DNA of 64,000 nt from Bacteroidota bacterium (GTDB lineage Bacteria > Bacteroidota > Bacteroidia > UKL13-3), in the NCBI GenBank assembly GCA_947507965.1, contig CANNQU010000008.1, positions 8,459 to 72,458 of the forward strand. Direction: 5' to 3'. The number at the start of each line of letters is the position of its first letter. Position 1 is the first letter of the stretch. Of this stretch, positions 40,493 through 50,589 are shown in pieces. A program made the position numbers and the translations under genes. The notes under the pieces are model-generated. The model did no database searches. It was not told the origin of the DNA and saw nothing but the letters and a program-made list of their open reading frames with translations.

Positions 40493-40639
40493 GCGACAAA
40501 GATAAGATAATTGAAAAGTTAAATGGTACGTCACACAAGCCTTTCTAAAAGCACAACATAGGGGCCAAACGTAAGGAGGCCGGAACCGAACCCTAACCTA
40601 GCATTACAAGCGCCCATATGACCTATAGGGGCATACTGT

Positions 40640-41539
40640 TTAGATGAAAGGGTTATCGGGAAGAACGTAGCCGATATAGCCCTCGCGTTTTAATTTAACA
40701 ATACTTTCATTGGTTGGCTCCTCTTTCATGATAAGGCTTGTAATGAGGCCATACTGCATTAGTCCAACCTTACAGAGGAAATTGTGAAGCCTCAATTTGC
40801 TCTGTATCTGTTTAAAAACGCGTCCATTGTCTTCCCGTTTTTCATCTTCTGCCCCTTCCACAAAACAATCATTTTGTTTTTTATAAAAAACGTTTTTCAA
40901 ATTTAGGGCCAGTGCTATTTTGTTAATTTCTCTTTCCGAGACGGTAAAAATATAATTACCCACCGACTCAAAATTTTCATATTTGTGTATTCCACTTAGG
41001 AGAAGATGTAAACTATTAATGAAACCACGAATATTTTTTACGACGACGTTATCCCGACCAAAATTAATGTTTTTGTCCATTGGCTCAATCAGCACGACGC
41101 CTCTTTTTGCAACACGCAACATTTCATACAGGGCGATGGAAGGACGAGGAAAATGATGGTATGCTTCTTTGCAGAGTACGAAGTCGAAACGTTGGTCTTC
41201 AAACGACATTTTTTCTGCATTTTCAGCACTAAAGTTGGTAATAAATTGATCGCGATTAGCCACGATGAGTAGTGTGTCGCTTAAGTCGGTGGCCGTCACG
41301 TTTTTCACTCCATTAGAGAGCAAATAGTTTGCATCGGTACCATAGCGGCCATCACCTACGGTAAGCCACGAGGCGTCGGGGTATGATTCGATTAGAGGAA
41401 GCAGGTTTTTATACATCTTCTCGTGCCGCCAATAATCCACGGTATCTTTTTTTTTCCAGCTATCTAAAAGTTTTTGATCATTAATTTCATCCGAATGCTT
41501 TTTATGCAATTGGTAACTTTTCTCGTTATACAGGCTCAT
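40640..41539 (-). CDS. Class I SAM-dependent methyltransferase
   Basis: WLTVGDGRYGTDANYL (motif I-like) and FDFVLCKEAYHHF. Confidence 0.7.
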   Translation of the reverse strand: MSLYNEKSYQLHKKHSDEINDQKLLDSWKKKDTVDYWRHEKMYKNLLPLIESYPDASWLTVGDGRYGTDANYLLSNGVKNVTATDLSDTLLIVANRDQFITNFSAENAEKMSFEDQRFDFVLCKEAYHHFPRPSIALYEMLRVAKRGVVLIEPMDKNINFGRDNVVVKNIRGFINSLHLLLSGIHKYENFESVGNYIFTVSEREINKIALALNLKNVFYKKQNDCFVEGAEDEKREDNGRVFKQIQSKLRLHNFLCKVGLMQYGLITSLIMKEEPTNESIVKLKREGYIGYVLPDNPFI

Positions 41540-41548
41540 GTTTTTAGG

Positions 41549-42688
41549 TTAATCTATTAATTTCAAAAATTGGGTGCCGAAGGCAAGAACATTTTTTTCA
41601 TAGTCAATCGTCCCGGTGTTTAGCGTTTTTTCAGACAGAACCAATATCATTTTTTCAGACAAATCGGCTGCAGATAGAGGGTTAAACACCAATCCGGCAC
41701 CAGCAAGCTGTTCGATATTTACATCGATTGCCGAGGCAATAATAAATTGGTTCATTGCTTTTGCATCCTCAATAACCGTACTCCATCCTTCAAAAAGAGA
41801 AGGCTGAATTACGGCCAATGCGTTTTTCATTAATTGCAGGAGGTGAGCACGATCGATAAAACCCAAAAAACGAATCTCGTTTTCTAAATTATTATCTTCC
41901 ACTAGTTTTTTTAATTCTTTGGCATATTCAGGGTTACGATTATCGTTTTCTTTCCCGGTAAAAACGATACAGGGCTTGCGGCCTTCTGTTTTTAATAGTT
42001 TTGCGGCCTCTATTACGACACGGTGATTTTTGTGTTTCCAAAACTGGTTTGGAGCAATAAAATAATCCTTTGGCAAACGATAAGTCACCCTCAAATCTTC
42101 TTGTTTTAGCATATGATATGAAGGGTGTGTAACGGCAAAATGTAATACGTGTTTTTTTGAAAGATGGTCGGGATAAAAGGTGTTAAAACTGTTGCAAGCG
42201 TCATGACTACTAAAAACAACGTGACATTTTTTCGATGCGATTTTTTTGTGGTGCGATATTCTTCGTAAAATTTCACGCGCACTAAAAAAACCGGGATAAT
42301 ATAATTCTTGAAAATCCGGAATCCAATAAAAGGGGGTAGTATAATACCTAATGTGAGCACTAAAAACGGGAAACACGGCAACGCAATCGGAAATTGCGGG
42401 ATAGCTTTTGAAGAGATGCTGTTTCAGGAGTTTTTTTGCGAGAAAGTTTACCCCTCTTTTAAAAAAAGAAATGCCCGCCTTATTATCAAAAACAATTTCG
42501 AAGTATGGGTAGTTAAGGTTCCTAATGATCGCTTCTTCGTTAGCGGTGGTCACTATTATCTTTAAAAAGGGCTTCTGTGAATCGTCTATTGTTTTAAGCG
42601 CTTCTATCAGATTCAGCACATAATAGGTACCGCCCATCCACTGTTCGTCGTATAAAAACAGGAGTGCTATTTTTTTTCTTTCGGGCAT
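41549..42688 (-). CDS. Glycosyltransferase, GT-B fold (GT4-like)
   Basis: C-terminal ...VIQPSLFEGWSTVIEDAKAMNQFIIAS. Confidence 0.75.
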   Translation of the reverse strand: MPERKKIALLFLYDEQWMGGTYYVLNLIEALKTIDDSQKPFLKIIVTTANEEAIIRNLNYPYFEIVFDNKAGISFFKRGVNFLAKKLLKQHLFKSYPAISDCVAVFPVFSAHIRYYTTPFYWIPDFQELYYPGFFSAREILRRISHHKKIASKKCHVVFSSHDACNSFNTFYPDHLSKKHVLHFAVTHPSYHMLKQEDLRVTYRLPKDYFIAPNQFWKHKNHRVVIEAAKLLKTEGRKPCIVFTGKENDNRNPEYAKELKKLVEDNNLENEIRFLGFIDRAHLLQLMKNALAVIQPSLFEGWSTVIEDAKAMNQFIIASAIDVNIEQLAGAGLVFNPLSAADLSEKMILVLSEKTLNTGTIDYEKNVLAFGTQFLKLID

Positions 42689-42741
42689 GCTGCAAAATTA
42701 ATTTCGTTTAATACAAATAAAATAATTTATTTTGAAAGGTA

Positions 42742-43632
42742 ATGAAAATATTAATAATCGGCAGTGCGGGCTTTATCGGAAAAAATCTGGTTGCCTTCCT
42801 TAAAAACAAAAATCACGAAGTTTTCAGGGCGGACATAATGATGGAGGAGCAGACCGATTATTTTTTATTAGCAAAAGAAAATTCCGACTTCGACAAGCTT
42901 TTCTTAGAGAACAAATTTGATATTTGCTATAATTGTTCGGGTGCCGCCAATGTAAATTTTTCGATTCAAAACCCGCTATTGGATTATGAGTTAAACACCT
43001 ATAATGTATATAAAATTTTAGATGCCATTCGCAAGCACAATAAGGGTTGCAAGTTTGTTAACCTAAGTAGTGCCGCGGTATATGGCAACCCCCTTGAAAT
43101 GCCGGTGAGTGAAACAACAGAAGGAAATCCAATTTCCCCTTATGGGTTTCACAAATTAGCTGCCGAAAACATTGGATTTCAGTTTGCCGCATTATATGGT
43201 ATAGCGGTCATTAATGTCCGTATTTTTTCGGTATATGGGCCAGGTCTAACAAAGCAGATATTTTGGGATGTATTTCTGAAACACCAACAAGCAGGACCAA
43301 TTAAGCTCTATGGCACAGGCGAAGAAACGCGTGATTTTATTTATATCGATGATTTGTGTCGGGCATTAGAAGTTTCAGCCATGAACACGACCCATTCGAG
43401 CATCATAAACATCGCTTCCGGTAAATCCATCACGGTAAAAAAGGCCGTAGGTTTATTATTAGAGAATTTAGGAAATACGGGCGTCGTAGCGTTTAACAAT
43501 GAACAACGTGTTGGCGACCCGCTTTATTGGGAGGCAGATATTTCAAGGTTTCTTGAATCAGGCCCATTCGAGTTTACGAAAATTGATGAAGGACTACAAA
43601 AAACAGCACAATGGATGCTCACGCTTTCTTAA
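42742..43632 (+). CDS. NAD-dependent sugar epimerase/dehydratase (SDR)
   Basis: MKILIIGSAGFIGKNL (GxxGxxG) and SPYGFHK (YxxxK). Confidence 0.85.
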   Translation: MKILIIGSAGFIGKNLVAFLKNKNHEVFRADIMMEEQTDYFLLAKENSDFDKLFLENKFDICYNCSGAANVNFSIQNPLLDYELNTYNVYKILDAIRKHNKGCKFVNLSSAAVYGNPLEMPVSETTEGNPISPYGFHKLAAENIGFQFAALYGIAVINVRIFSVYGPGLTKQIFWDVFLKHQQAGPIKLYGTGEETRDFIYIDDLCRALEVSAMNTTHSSIINIASGKSITVKKAVGLLLENLGNTGVVAFNNEQRVGDPLYWEADISRFLESGPFEFTKIDEGLQKTAQWMLTLS

Positions 43633-44476
43633 CCACAAAGCTGTACATACGTCCCGCAATAAGGCTTTCGTCTGGTATTACTCCAAAAAACTTTCTCAAG
43701 AAAAACCGTTGTACTTTATTCGTGAAGGAAAATCGACTGAAAAAATTTCCATTGACCAGGGTAATTATTTTAATGTTTTTTCTTCCTTTTTCTACTTTTT
43801 GTTTTGAAAAGGGGAAATAATTAAGGATGGAGTCGAAATAAGTATAAATATTTTCAATCACTAGTTCGGCATTAACAAAGCTGTTTTTGTATTCTTCAAG
43901 GGTGTATGCATTTTCACCCAAATAAAATTTTTGTAAAGGGTGCACGTGTAAAAACCACTCTTTATCCAGCTCGTTATAAATCACATGTTCTCTAATGCCC
44001 AGAAGCACTCCGTTTGGCTTTAATACACGAGCACATTCATTTACAAATTGCTGTAGGTTGTGAGCGTGATGAAAGGCTTGTCGGACGTAAACCACATCAA
44101 AGGTTTCTTTTTCAAAAGGTAAATTTTCGGCGTAGGTGGTGTGTATTTCCAGAGACGGCAGGACAAAATGCTCTTTTAATTTTTGAATCGCTCCAGCACC
44201 CACCGTATCGCTCTTATCCGGCTCTAAGGCATCAACATGAAAACCATGGAGCGCAAACGAAACGGCGCTGATACCATTCCCACTTCCCACATCTAGTAAT
44301 TTTAATGAACTATTGGTGTTGTGTCGGTTTATAATATTTAGTGTTTCTTCAAACTCTTCGCTTGTCTTAAATCGGTTAACGTTTTCAACTAAATTATCCG
44401 TGAGGTATGAGTTAAAGACAACATCATTAAATTCCTTCTTTGTTCGAATGTATTGTATGGTTTCTTCCCAGGTCAT
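43619..44476 (-). CDS. Class I SAM-dependent methyltransferase
   Basis: LLDVGSGNGISAV (motif I) and FDVVYVRQAFHHA. Its 3' end overlaps the convergent epimerase gene by 14 nt. Confidence 0.8.
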   Translation of the reverse strand: MTWEETIQYIRTKKEFNDVVFNSYLTDNLVENVNRFKTSEEFEETLNIINRHNTNSSLKLLDVGSGNGISAVSFALHGFHVDALEPDKSDTVGAGAIQKLKEHFVLPSLEIHTTYAENLPFEKETFDVVYVRQAFHHAHNLQQFVNECARVLKPNGVLLGIREHVIYNELDKEWFLHVHPLQKFYLGENAYTLEEYKNSFVNAELVIENIYTYFDSILNYFPFSKQKVEKGRKNIKIITLVNGNFFSRFSFTNKVQRFFLRKFFGVIPDESLIAGRMYSFVVKKA

Positions 44477-44570
44477 GAATGTTTATCAAATATTAGGGTG
44501 TTAATTATTGTTCCAAAATTACAGAAAAGGTCTTCGACTTTATTTCTTCCGATAATTTCAGGTAAAAACA

Positions 44571-45179
44571 TTATAATTTTTTTATAAATTTTGCAGGGTT
44601 TCCTCCAACTAAAGTAAAATCATCAACATCTTTAGTAACTACGCTACCGGCAGCAACTACGGCCCCTTCACCAATCGTGATGCCTTTCAAAAGTATAGAA
44701 TTAAAGCCAATCCATGCGTTGTTTTTTATTATTATTTTTTTACTCTCCACGTCATCCCAGTTTTTTAAGGCACCGGGCTTACCCATCGCAATGCTTTTCT
44801 TCCACTCCATTACATCATGTTGACGTTGAACATTATTTAGGGAGTGTGCATTGGTGTCAATGGTGGTGCAGCCCCAGGAAAACATAACATGGTCGCCAAT
44901 GATTATTTCATCGGCGGCAATAAAAGAGCTGCCCCCCAAAAAAGTTCCGTTTCCAACGGTAATTTTAGCCGTTGGTTTTTCAACAAAAAAACTCCCGAAA
45001 ATAAGGCAATCCGAACCAATCTCTATGTTTAGAGCGCCCTTTGAAACGAGCTTTACCTCCATTTTTAGTCCATCAATATCACTGTTTTCTCCTACCTTTA
45101 AATTTCCATTTAGGAGAAGTTTTTTATGGTGCGACTTATTAATAAAACTTCGAATATAATTCAGCATCAGATTTAACAT
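44571..45179 (-). CDS. Hexapeptide-repeat (LbH) acyl/acetyltransferase
   Basis: Repeated [LIV]-G-x-x-x-x hexads, ...IGFNSILLKGITIGEGAVVAAGSVVTKDV. Confidence 0.8.
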   Translation of the reverse strand: MLNLMLNYIRSFINKSHHKKLLLNGNLKVGENSDIDGLKMEVKLVSKGALNIEIGSDCLIFGSFFVEKPTAKITVGNGTFLGGSSFIAADEIIIGDHVMFSWGCTTIDTNAHSLNNVQRQHDVMEWKKSIAMGKPGALKNWDDVESKKIIIKNNAWIGFNSILLKGITIGEGAVVAAGSVVTKDVDDFTLVGGNPAKFIKKL

Positions 45180-45186
45180 TGTCTTA

Positions 45187-46107
45187 TCAATTAAATAATT
45201 TGTTTTTTAAAGAAATGAAACCCAAAAAGAGTCTTGCCTTTAAAGAAAACTTATAGGCTTTATGATATGTGTTTAAATCGGCCATATAATTATTAATGAC
45301 ATGAGCAGGGTGCCTAATTTTTTCATCGAGCTCCTTCGCCTTTAGGTTTGCTAATTTATTTGAAGCGTCTTTGGTACGCGATGCGCTTGCGTTAAAACCA
45401 ATATTGGTGACCAGGTTTATATTCGGTAAAACACATAGCCCATGTTGCATCCAGGTGCTTATTTGCCATTGAGCATCCCAGGTATCAATTTTATTATTAT
45501 ATACTTTCTTAAAGTGGTCCAACCAAAAAGAACGTTCACCGCTGGTATGAAACAAATAGTTGATTTGGTTGGATTTTAAAAACTCTTCATACAGCTCTTG
45601 ACTCAATGAATTGAGCTTCCAGGCTCTTCTCCAAGTAGCCCAACCCCAAATATGGCTGTAGTTTGAAAAATAATAAGAGGCCTCTCCCCATGTTTTTCCG
45701 AATTGAAAGTTGTTACCGCTTATTTGCATGATCCGTTCATCGTCCTTATATTGGAGCAATAACGTATTACAAAACACAAAAAAAGAAGGGTTCGGCAGAC
45801 AATCGTCTTCTAAGATAATCCCCATTTCTTCATGCTCGAAAAACCAGTCTATGGCTGAACTGATGGCTATTTTACACCCCAGGTTAGTTGTTCTAAAGAG
45901 TGTTTTTACCTCACAAGGCCAATCGACACTGGCCAATAATTTCGTTTTCAGGTCTTCGCATTTTTCTTTTTCACCCCATACGTTTTCTCTCGCACCGTCG
46001 GCGGCGATATAAAGTTTCGCCGGCCGGTATTGCCTTATTTTTTCAAATACCGTTAACGTCGTGTCGTGACGATTAAAGATAAGAAAAAGAAGAGGTGATT
46101 GGGTCAT
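45187..46107 (-). CDS. GT-A fold nucleotide-diphospho-sugar transferase-like protein
   Basis: LFLIFNRHDTT...LYIAADGAR...ILEDDCLP (DxD-like EDD). Resembles the HlpA-like/GnT-I-like family as I remember it. Confidence 0.6.
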   Translation of the reverse strand: MTQSPLLFLIFNRHDTTLTVFEKIRQYRPAKLYIAADGARENVWGEKEKCEDLKTKLLASVDWPCEVKTLFRTTNLGCKIAISSAIDWFFEHEEMGIILEDDCLPNPSFFVFCNTLLLQYKDDERIMQISGNNFQFGKTWGEASYYFSNYSHIWGWATWRRAWKLNSLSQELYEEFLKSNQINYLFHTSGERSFWLDHFKKVYNNKIDTWDAQWQISTWMQHGLCVLPNINLVTNIGFNASASRTKDASNKLANLKAKELDEKIRHPAHVINNYMADLNTYHKAYKFSLKARLFLGFISLKNKLFN

Positions 46108-46110
46108 TTA

Positions 46111-47070
46111 TTATTGGAGAAGTTTTTGAGCTATACGGGAATTAATAACAAGTTTATAGGGAGCCGCTAACAAGTGTTTAAACACAAACCTACCCCCATA
46201 TATTTTGGCCAATAGAGCCCACCTTAAACCATACTTTTGAAAAAGTAAAAATCCTGGATTTAGGGTGTTGATGTGTTTGTGCTTTTTCATTTCAATTATT
46301 TCTTTCACACGTTTTTCAGAATAACCGAGCGCAGCAATCGACTCGAGTAATAAATTACTCATATCGATAAAAAAAATCTTCGGCCAAAATTTTCTCCAGG
46401 GAGAACTATCGCCGGCCTCAAAAGTAATTAACGGTTTACCCATATAGAGTGTTTGTCCGGCAGCCGCGGCCACAAGCGCCAACGACATACAGCCCACATT
46501 ACCATCTTGCGTGTGTTTTTGTTCAAACGGGTGTGGCAGAACACTTCTTTTAATAATAAGCCGTTGAGCGCCGATGAGATCCGAATCGGAAATTAAATTG
46601 AGCAAATCTTTCCCATCCTCAAAAAAAATATTTTTATTTACCTCATTAAATTTTTCTGATAGCACAACATTCGTTGCGAGAAAAACAGCTTTTGCGTTTA
46701 CCATGATAAAGGCTAATTCATGGTTGTATTTTTTTATTTGATCTATTACGTCTGATAGAGAATGATCAAAAGTCAACATATCGTCATCGGGGATAAGCCA
46801 GGTGTATTCTGCTGTTCCCAAGGAGAACACTTTTCGTATGTTTTTTTCCGAACCAATGTTGGTCTCGTTTTTGGTATAGTATATGTTTTTGTAGCTGAGG
46901 TACGACTCGGCAATCAGGTTTTTGGTGAGATCGTTCTCACTGTTGTCGGAAATATTAATTTCAATATCGTTGTCGCTCAAATTTTTCTGCGACAAAATCG
47001 ATTCAATTAATATCTTAATTTGATTTGGCCTGTTATAAGTAGGTATTCCTATGGATAAAATTGGATGCAT
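46111..47070 (-). CDS. Glycosyltransferase family 2
   Basis: LSIGIPTYNRP N-terminus and ...LIPDDD. Confidence 0.8.
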   Translation of the reverse strand: MHPILSIGIPTYNRPNQIKILIESILSQKNLSDNDIEINISDNSENDLTKNLIAESYLSYKNIYYTKNETNIGSEKNIRKVFSLGTAEYTWLIPDDDMLTFDHSLSDVIDQIKKYNHELAFIMVNAKAVFLATNVVLSEKFNEVNKNIFFEDGKDLLNLISDSDLIGAQRLIIKRSVLPHPFEQKHTQDGNVGCMSLALVAAAAGQTLYMGKPLITFEAGDSSPWRKFWPKIFFIDMSNLLLESIAALGYSEKRVKEIIEMKKHKHINTLNPGFLLFQKYGLRWALLAKIYGGRFVFKHLLAAPYKLVINSRIAQKLLQ

Positions 47071-47073
47071 AGC

Positions 47074-47994
47074 TTAGTTTCTTTTCCCTAATAAATAATA
47101 ACTGCCATTCATGGTAAGAATAGGATATTCCGACCAATTAAAACTTCCAAGCTTCCTTTGAAACCCACTAAAGTATTTCCTGTTTCCCATCTTATCAAAA
47201 TCTTTCTGATACGCTATTAAGATGTATTCGAAGGTATCTAAAATAGAAATAAAGTGATCCCGCAATTCGAAAGGCGATTCTGATAATGACCAAGTAGCAA
47301 TAAACAATTTGTTTTTCGCATAATTTTTGTTTTCGGCAGCCACCATTTCGATGTTTTTTGTCAATGTAATAGGCCCTTCTGTCTCTAGTTCACAAGGAAG
47401 ATGCAATGCATTTAAATAAAACTTTTGAAGGCATAGAAGTTCAGGTAAATCGAAGATGGTGTATTTAATATTGGTATTTATTTTTGAGAACAAACTACAC
47501 ATGTTTCCATACCCACCGCCAAATTCCAGTACATATTCAATGTTTTTTAAGTCAACTGCAAACTGTTTCGTGAGCTGAAGCAAGTGATAGGTTTGGTGTA
47601 TTTTGTTGGTGCCCAATAATCGGTTTCTCCAAAATCGATCGGGATTACCGAACCCATTTTCGAGGAGTAAAAATTTCCATCGGGAATAAAAAAGAGTTTC
47701 TCTTTTTATGGCATTATATTCACGATCAACCATCGTTGAGTTGAAGCTTGTTATGGTATATTTTATAAGTTCCCATTGCAGAAAATCGGAGGGATTCTGG
47801 TTCAAAAAACTTTCTTTCATTTGCTTTGCAAAGAGGGTCCAGGTTTCCGAATAATGGCCACTTAAAAAATGCGTATTAACGTCTCTTCTAAAGCTTTCTA
47901 TTTGAGCAGTATTAAATTCTTGGGCTTGGAGAGGGCGTATGAAGTTTTTAAGCCGATAGGTTGTATTCCGTATTAATTTTCTGATGGATAGCAT
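47074..47994 (-). CDS. Putative sugar O-methyltransferase (class I SAM fold)
   Basis: VLEFGGGYGNM glycine-rich motif. Context inside the sugar operon. Confidence 0.6.
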   Translation of the reverse strand: MLSIRKLIRNTTYRLKNFIRPLQAQEFNTAQIESFRRDVNTHFLSGHYSETWTLFAKQMKESFLNQNPSDFLQWELIKYTITSFNSTMVDREYNAIKRETLFYSRWKFLLLENGFGNPDRFWRNRLLGTNKIHQTYHLLQLTKQFAVDLKNIEYVLEFGGGYGNMCSLFSKINTNIKYTIFDLPELLCLQKFYLNALHLPCELETEGPITLTKNIEMVAAENKNYAKNKLFIATWSLSESPFELRDHFISILDTFEYILIAYQKDFDKMGNRKYFSGFQRKLGSFNWSEYPILTMNGSYYLLGKRN

Positions 47995-47995
47995 G

Positions 47996-49717
47996 CTATG
48001 TTCCTTCTATTTCTGTTGGTTTTACTAATGGCTCCATATCGGTGATGGGTCGGCCAAACGCAATTTTTGGATAGGCGTTGGTGTTTAAGTCGATCATCAC
48101 CTGTAATAAAAAGGGTTCGTTCTCCTTTTCCCAAACGGCGCTTATTGCTTGTTCTATTTCTGTTTCGTGGTGAATGGTCATGGCTTTTATGCCATATCCC
48201 GCGGCAATATTTTCAAAATTGGGTGCCGAATAACCCCAAACCGTCGATTGATAACGGCCCTCAAAATAACTATCTTGAAACTGCCGTATCATACCCAATG
48301 AATTATTGTTTAACACCACTATTTTTACAGGCAGCTTATTGCGCATAATGGTTTGCAACTCTTGAATATTGAGTTGAATACCACCATCGCCATTGATGGT
48401 TACGACAGGCTTATTGCCTAAGGCAATACAAGCTCCAACGCTGGCCGGCAGGGCATAGCCCATGGCACCCATGCCAGCCGAAGTTAAAAATCTTTGATTT
48501 TTATAAAGATACAATGATTGGGCGCTCCACATTTGATGGCTACCCACATCGGCAATATAGCATTGGGCTCGCGGAGACAATAAAGAGAACCGTTTGATAA
48601 AAGCATTCGGATTAATACCCACGCTATCGGGCTGTTCGGAGGTATCCAAAAACTTGTTTTTATTTTCTTCGATCTCTTGATGCCATTCACCAAAACGATC
48701 GTTCGTTTTTGGTTTCTCCCGGTTAATGAAATCAAAGAAAGAGTTTAAATCGGCCGTTAAACTATAATCTGTTTTTATGCGATTATTAATTTCCGAGGCA
48801 TCGATATCTACCTGAAAAATAATTTTATCTTTCGTGAAGGACGCTACATCTGCACCCGTCTGACGAATATCAAGCCGACTTCCCAAAACAATAATCAGGT
48901 CGGCGTTACCTAAGGCCATATTAGCCCAACGGTTACCATAGCTTCCAATGAAACCCACTTTGTTCTTGTGGCTGGTTTCCAGTACGTCGAGGCCCAAGAG
49001 CGAGGTTACCAGAGGCAGGTTATAGGAGCTAATAAATTGAGCTAACGGGTGTCGGGCATCAGCGGTGGAAATACCTCTTCCAGCCAATACTATAGGCTTC
49101 TTACATTTCGAAAGTTCGTTCAACAGGGCATCACAAAAAATAACCGTTTCGTTATTAGGAGAGGGCGTGTTTAATATTACTTTACGTGGCAAAATACCCA
49201 ATGTAGCGCGCTGGATATTCATGGGAATATCGATCAAAACGGGGCCGGGCCGGCCTTCCATACTGAGTTTGAATGCTAATTCCAGGGCCGCTTCAATTTC
49301 CGATTCGTGGGTTATTTTTATCGCTTTTTTGGTGACGGGTGCGGCCATCGACACGATATCTGTTTCTTGAAACCCAAGCTGGCGAATGTTTCTATCACCT
49401 TTTTGCTCGTTGGTGTTTACCTGTCCGGTAATAAATATGGCGGGAACGCTATCATAAAAGCAATTGCCTATACCGGTGAGTAAATTGGTGGCACCGGGCC
49501 CACTGGTAGCCATTGCCACCGCAGGTTTATTGGTTATGCGGGCATGGGCATCGGTAGCAAAAGCACAGGCTTGTTCGTGATGACAGGTTACGATTCTAAT
49601 TTTTTTGCTGTCGTATAAGGCATCCAGCATAAACGTGATCATGCCCCCCGACAGTTCATAAACCGTATCAATTTCATGAAGAATAAAAAATCGGGAAATA
49701 TACGTTGCTACGTTCAT
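47996..49717 (-). CDS. Thiamine-pyrophosphate enzyme of the acetolactate-synthase large-subunit family (YerE-like candidate)
   Basis: The three-domain AHAS-like pattern ends with the TPP motif GDGGIQLNIQEL...VVLNNNSLGM. Start set at the ATG at 49717, which overlaps the upstream stop (TAATG). Confidence 0.8.
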   Translation of the reverse strand: MNVATYISRFFILHEIDTVYELSGGMITFMLDALYDSKKIRIVTCHHEQACAFATDAHARITNKPAVAMATSGPGATNLLTGIGNCFYDSVPAIFITGQVNTNEQKGDRNIRQLGFQETDIVSMAAPVTKKAIKITHESEIEAALELAFKLSMEGRPGPVLIDIPMNIQRATLGILPRKVILNTPSPNNETVIFCDALLNELSKCKKPIVLAGRGISTADARHPLAQFISSYNLPLVTSLLGLDVLETSHKNKVGFIGSYGNRWANMALGNADLIIVLGSRLDIRQTGADVASFTKDKIIFQVDIDASEINNRIKTDYSLTADLNSFFDFINREKPKTNDRFGEWHQEIEENKNKFLDTSEQPDSVGINPNAFIKRFSLLSPRAQCYIADVGSHQMWSAQSLYLYKNQRFLTSAGMGAMGYALPASVGACIALGNKPVVTINGDGGIQLNIQELQTIMRNKLPVKIVVLNNNSLGMIRQFQDSYFEGRYQSTVWGYSAPNFENIAAGYGIKAMTIHHETEIEQAISAVWEKENEPFLLQVMIDLNTNAYPKIAFGRPITDMEPLVKPTEIEGT

Positions 49718-50589
49718 TACAATAGGTCTTGGGTAATATTGTCCCAATTCAATCGGGTTGTAAAGTTAAAAAAATTATTGAATTTTTCTGCGTTGCCTTC
49801 CTGGTGCATCACCTGACCTTTTCTGTGCGCAATGGCTCCGTAGTGTATTTCGCTTTCCGAGCCATAGAGCTTTTTTACTTTCTCCGTAATTATTTTTAGT
49901 GTCGTCGAGGTGTTTGACGATAGATTGTAAACATCTTGGATGCTTCCCGTTTTCTGCACAACCAATTGCAAGGCCCGAAGCAAATCGTCGATATGTAAAT
50001 AATCAACCCGTTGCTCGCAGGTGGTGACCTCCAATAGTTCATTCTTTTCTAATTTTGATTTCACCATCTCAAGAAACCATTTTCCGCTTGTACACCTGCC
50101 GTATATGGTAAACAATCGTAACCAAACCCAGGTCATTGTTTCGGCATTATTTCTAAGGTATTCAAGTGTTTTAAGTTTGTAAACGCCATAGGCATCGACA
50201 GGCAATAGCGGTTGTTTTTCATCTACTCTGCCAAGGTAATTACCGTATTCGGCCTGTGAACCCAGCACCATTATTTTGTTGATGCCATTATTTTTGCAGT
50301 GCTCAATTATTTTTTTTGATTTTATATGGTTTTCTTTTTGCAGTTCTTCATTTTGTCGTTCTTCAAAGGTTACCCCATTCCAGCTACAATGTAATAAACA
50401 AGCATACGGTAATGCATGAGCACGAAAAAAATCGGGATATGATAAATACGAAATTTGGCCCGTATCGTGCTCTTTTACTTTAGAAACCAAGGCAAGAACG
50501 GTATAACCTAACGAAGCAAAAAAACGAACACAATGCCCACCAATATATCCATGAGCACCACTAATGATAATGCCTTTATCCGATTTCAT
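49717..50589 (-). CDS. NAD(P)-dependent SDR reductase/epimerase (YerF-like candidate)
   Basis: IISGAHGYIGGH (Rossmann) and YGVYK (YxxxK). Confidence 0.75.
   Translation of the reverse strand: MKSDKGIIISGAHGYIGGHCVRFFASLGYTVLALVSKVKEHDTGQISYLSYPDFFRAHALPYACLLHCSWNGVTFEERQNEELQKENHIKSKKIIEHCKNNGINKIMVLGSQAEYGNYLGRVDEKQPLLPVDAYGVYKLKTLEYLRNNAETMTWVWLRLFTIYGRCTSGKWFLEMVKSKLEKNELLEVTTCEQRVDYLHIDDLLRALQLVVQKTGSIQDVYNLSSNTSTTLKIITEKVKKLYGSESEIHYGAIAHRKGQVMHQEGNAEKFNNFFNFTTRLNWDNITQDLL

Noticed and set aside
40535-40639. GC-richer spacer (…GGGGCCAAACGTAAGGAGGCCGGAACCGAACCC…) examined as a possible tRNA or small RNA
   Set aside because: I could not fold a cloverleaf or find T-loop/anticodon-arm signatures. 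It is too short and unsupported to call.
43499-43820. 102-aa and 69-aa plus-strand ORFs downstream of or overlapping the epimerase gene
   Set aside because: They overlap the epimerase 3' end and the convergent methyltransferase gene, and have no motifs.
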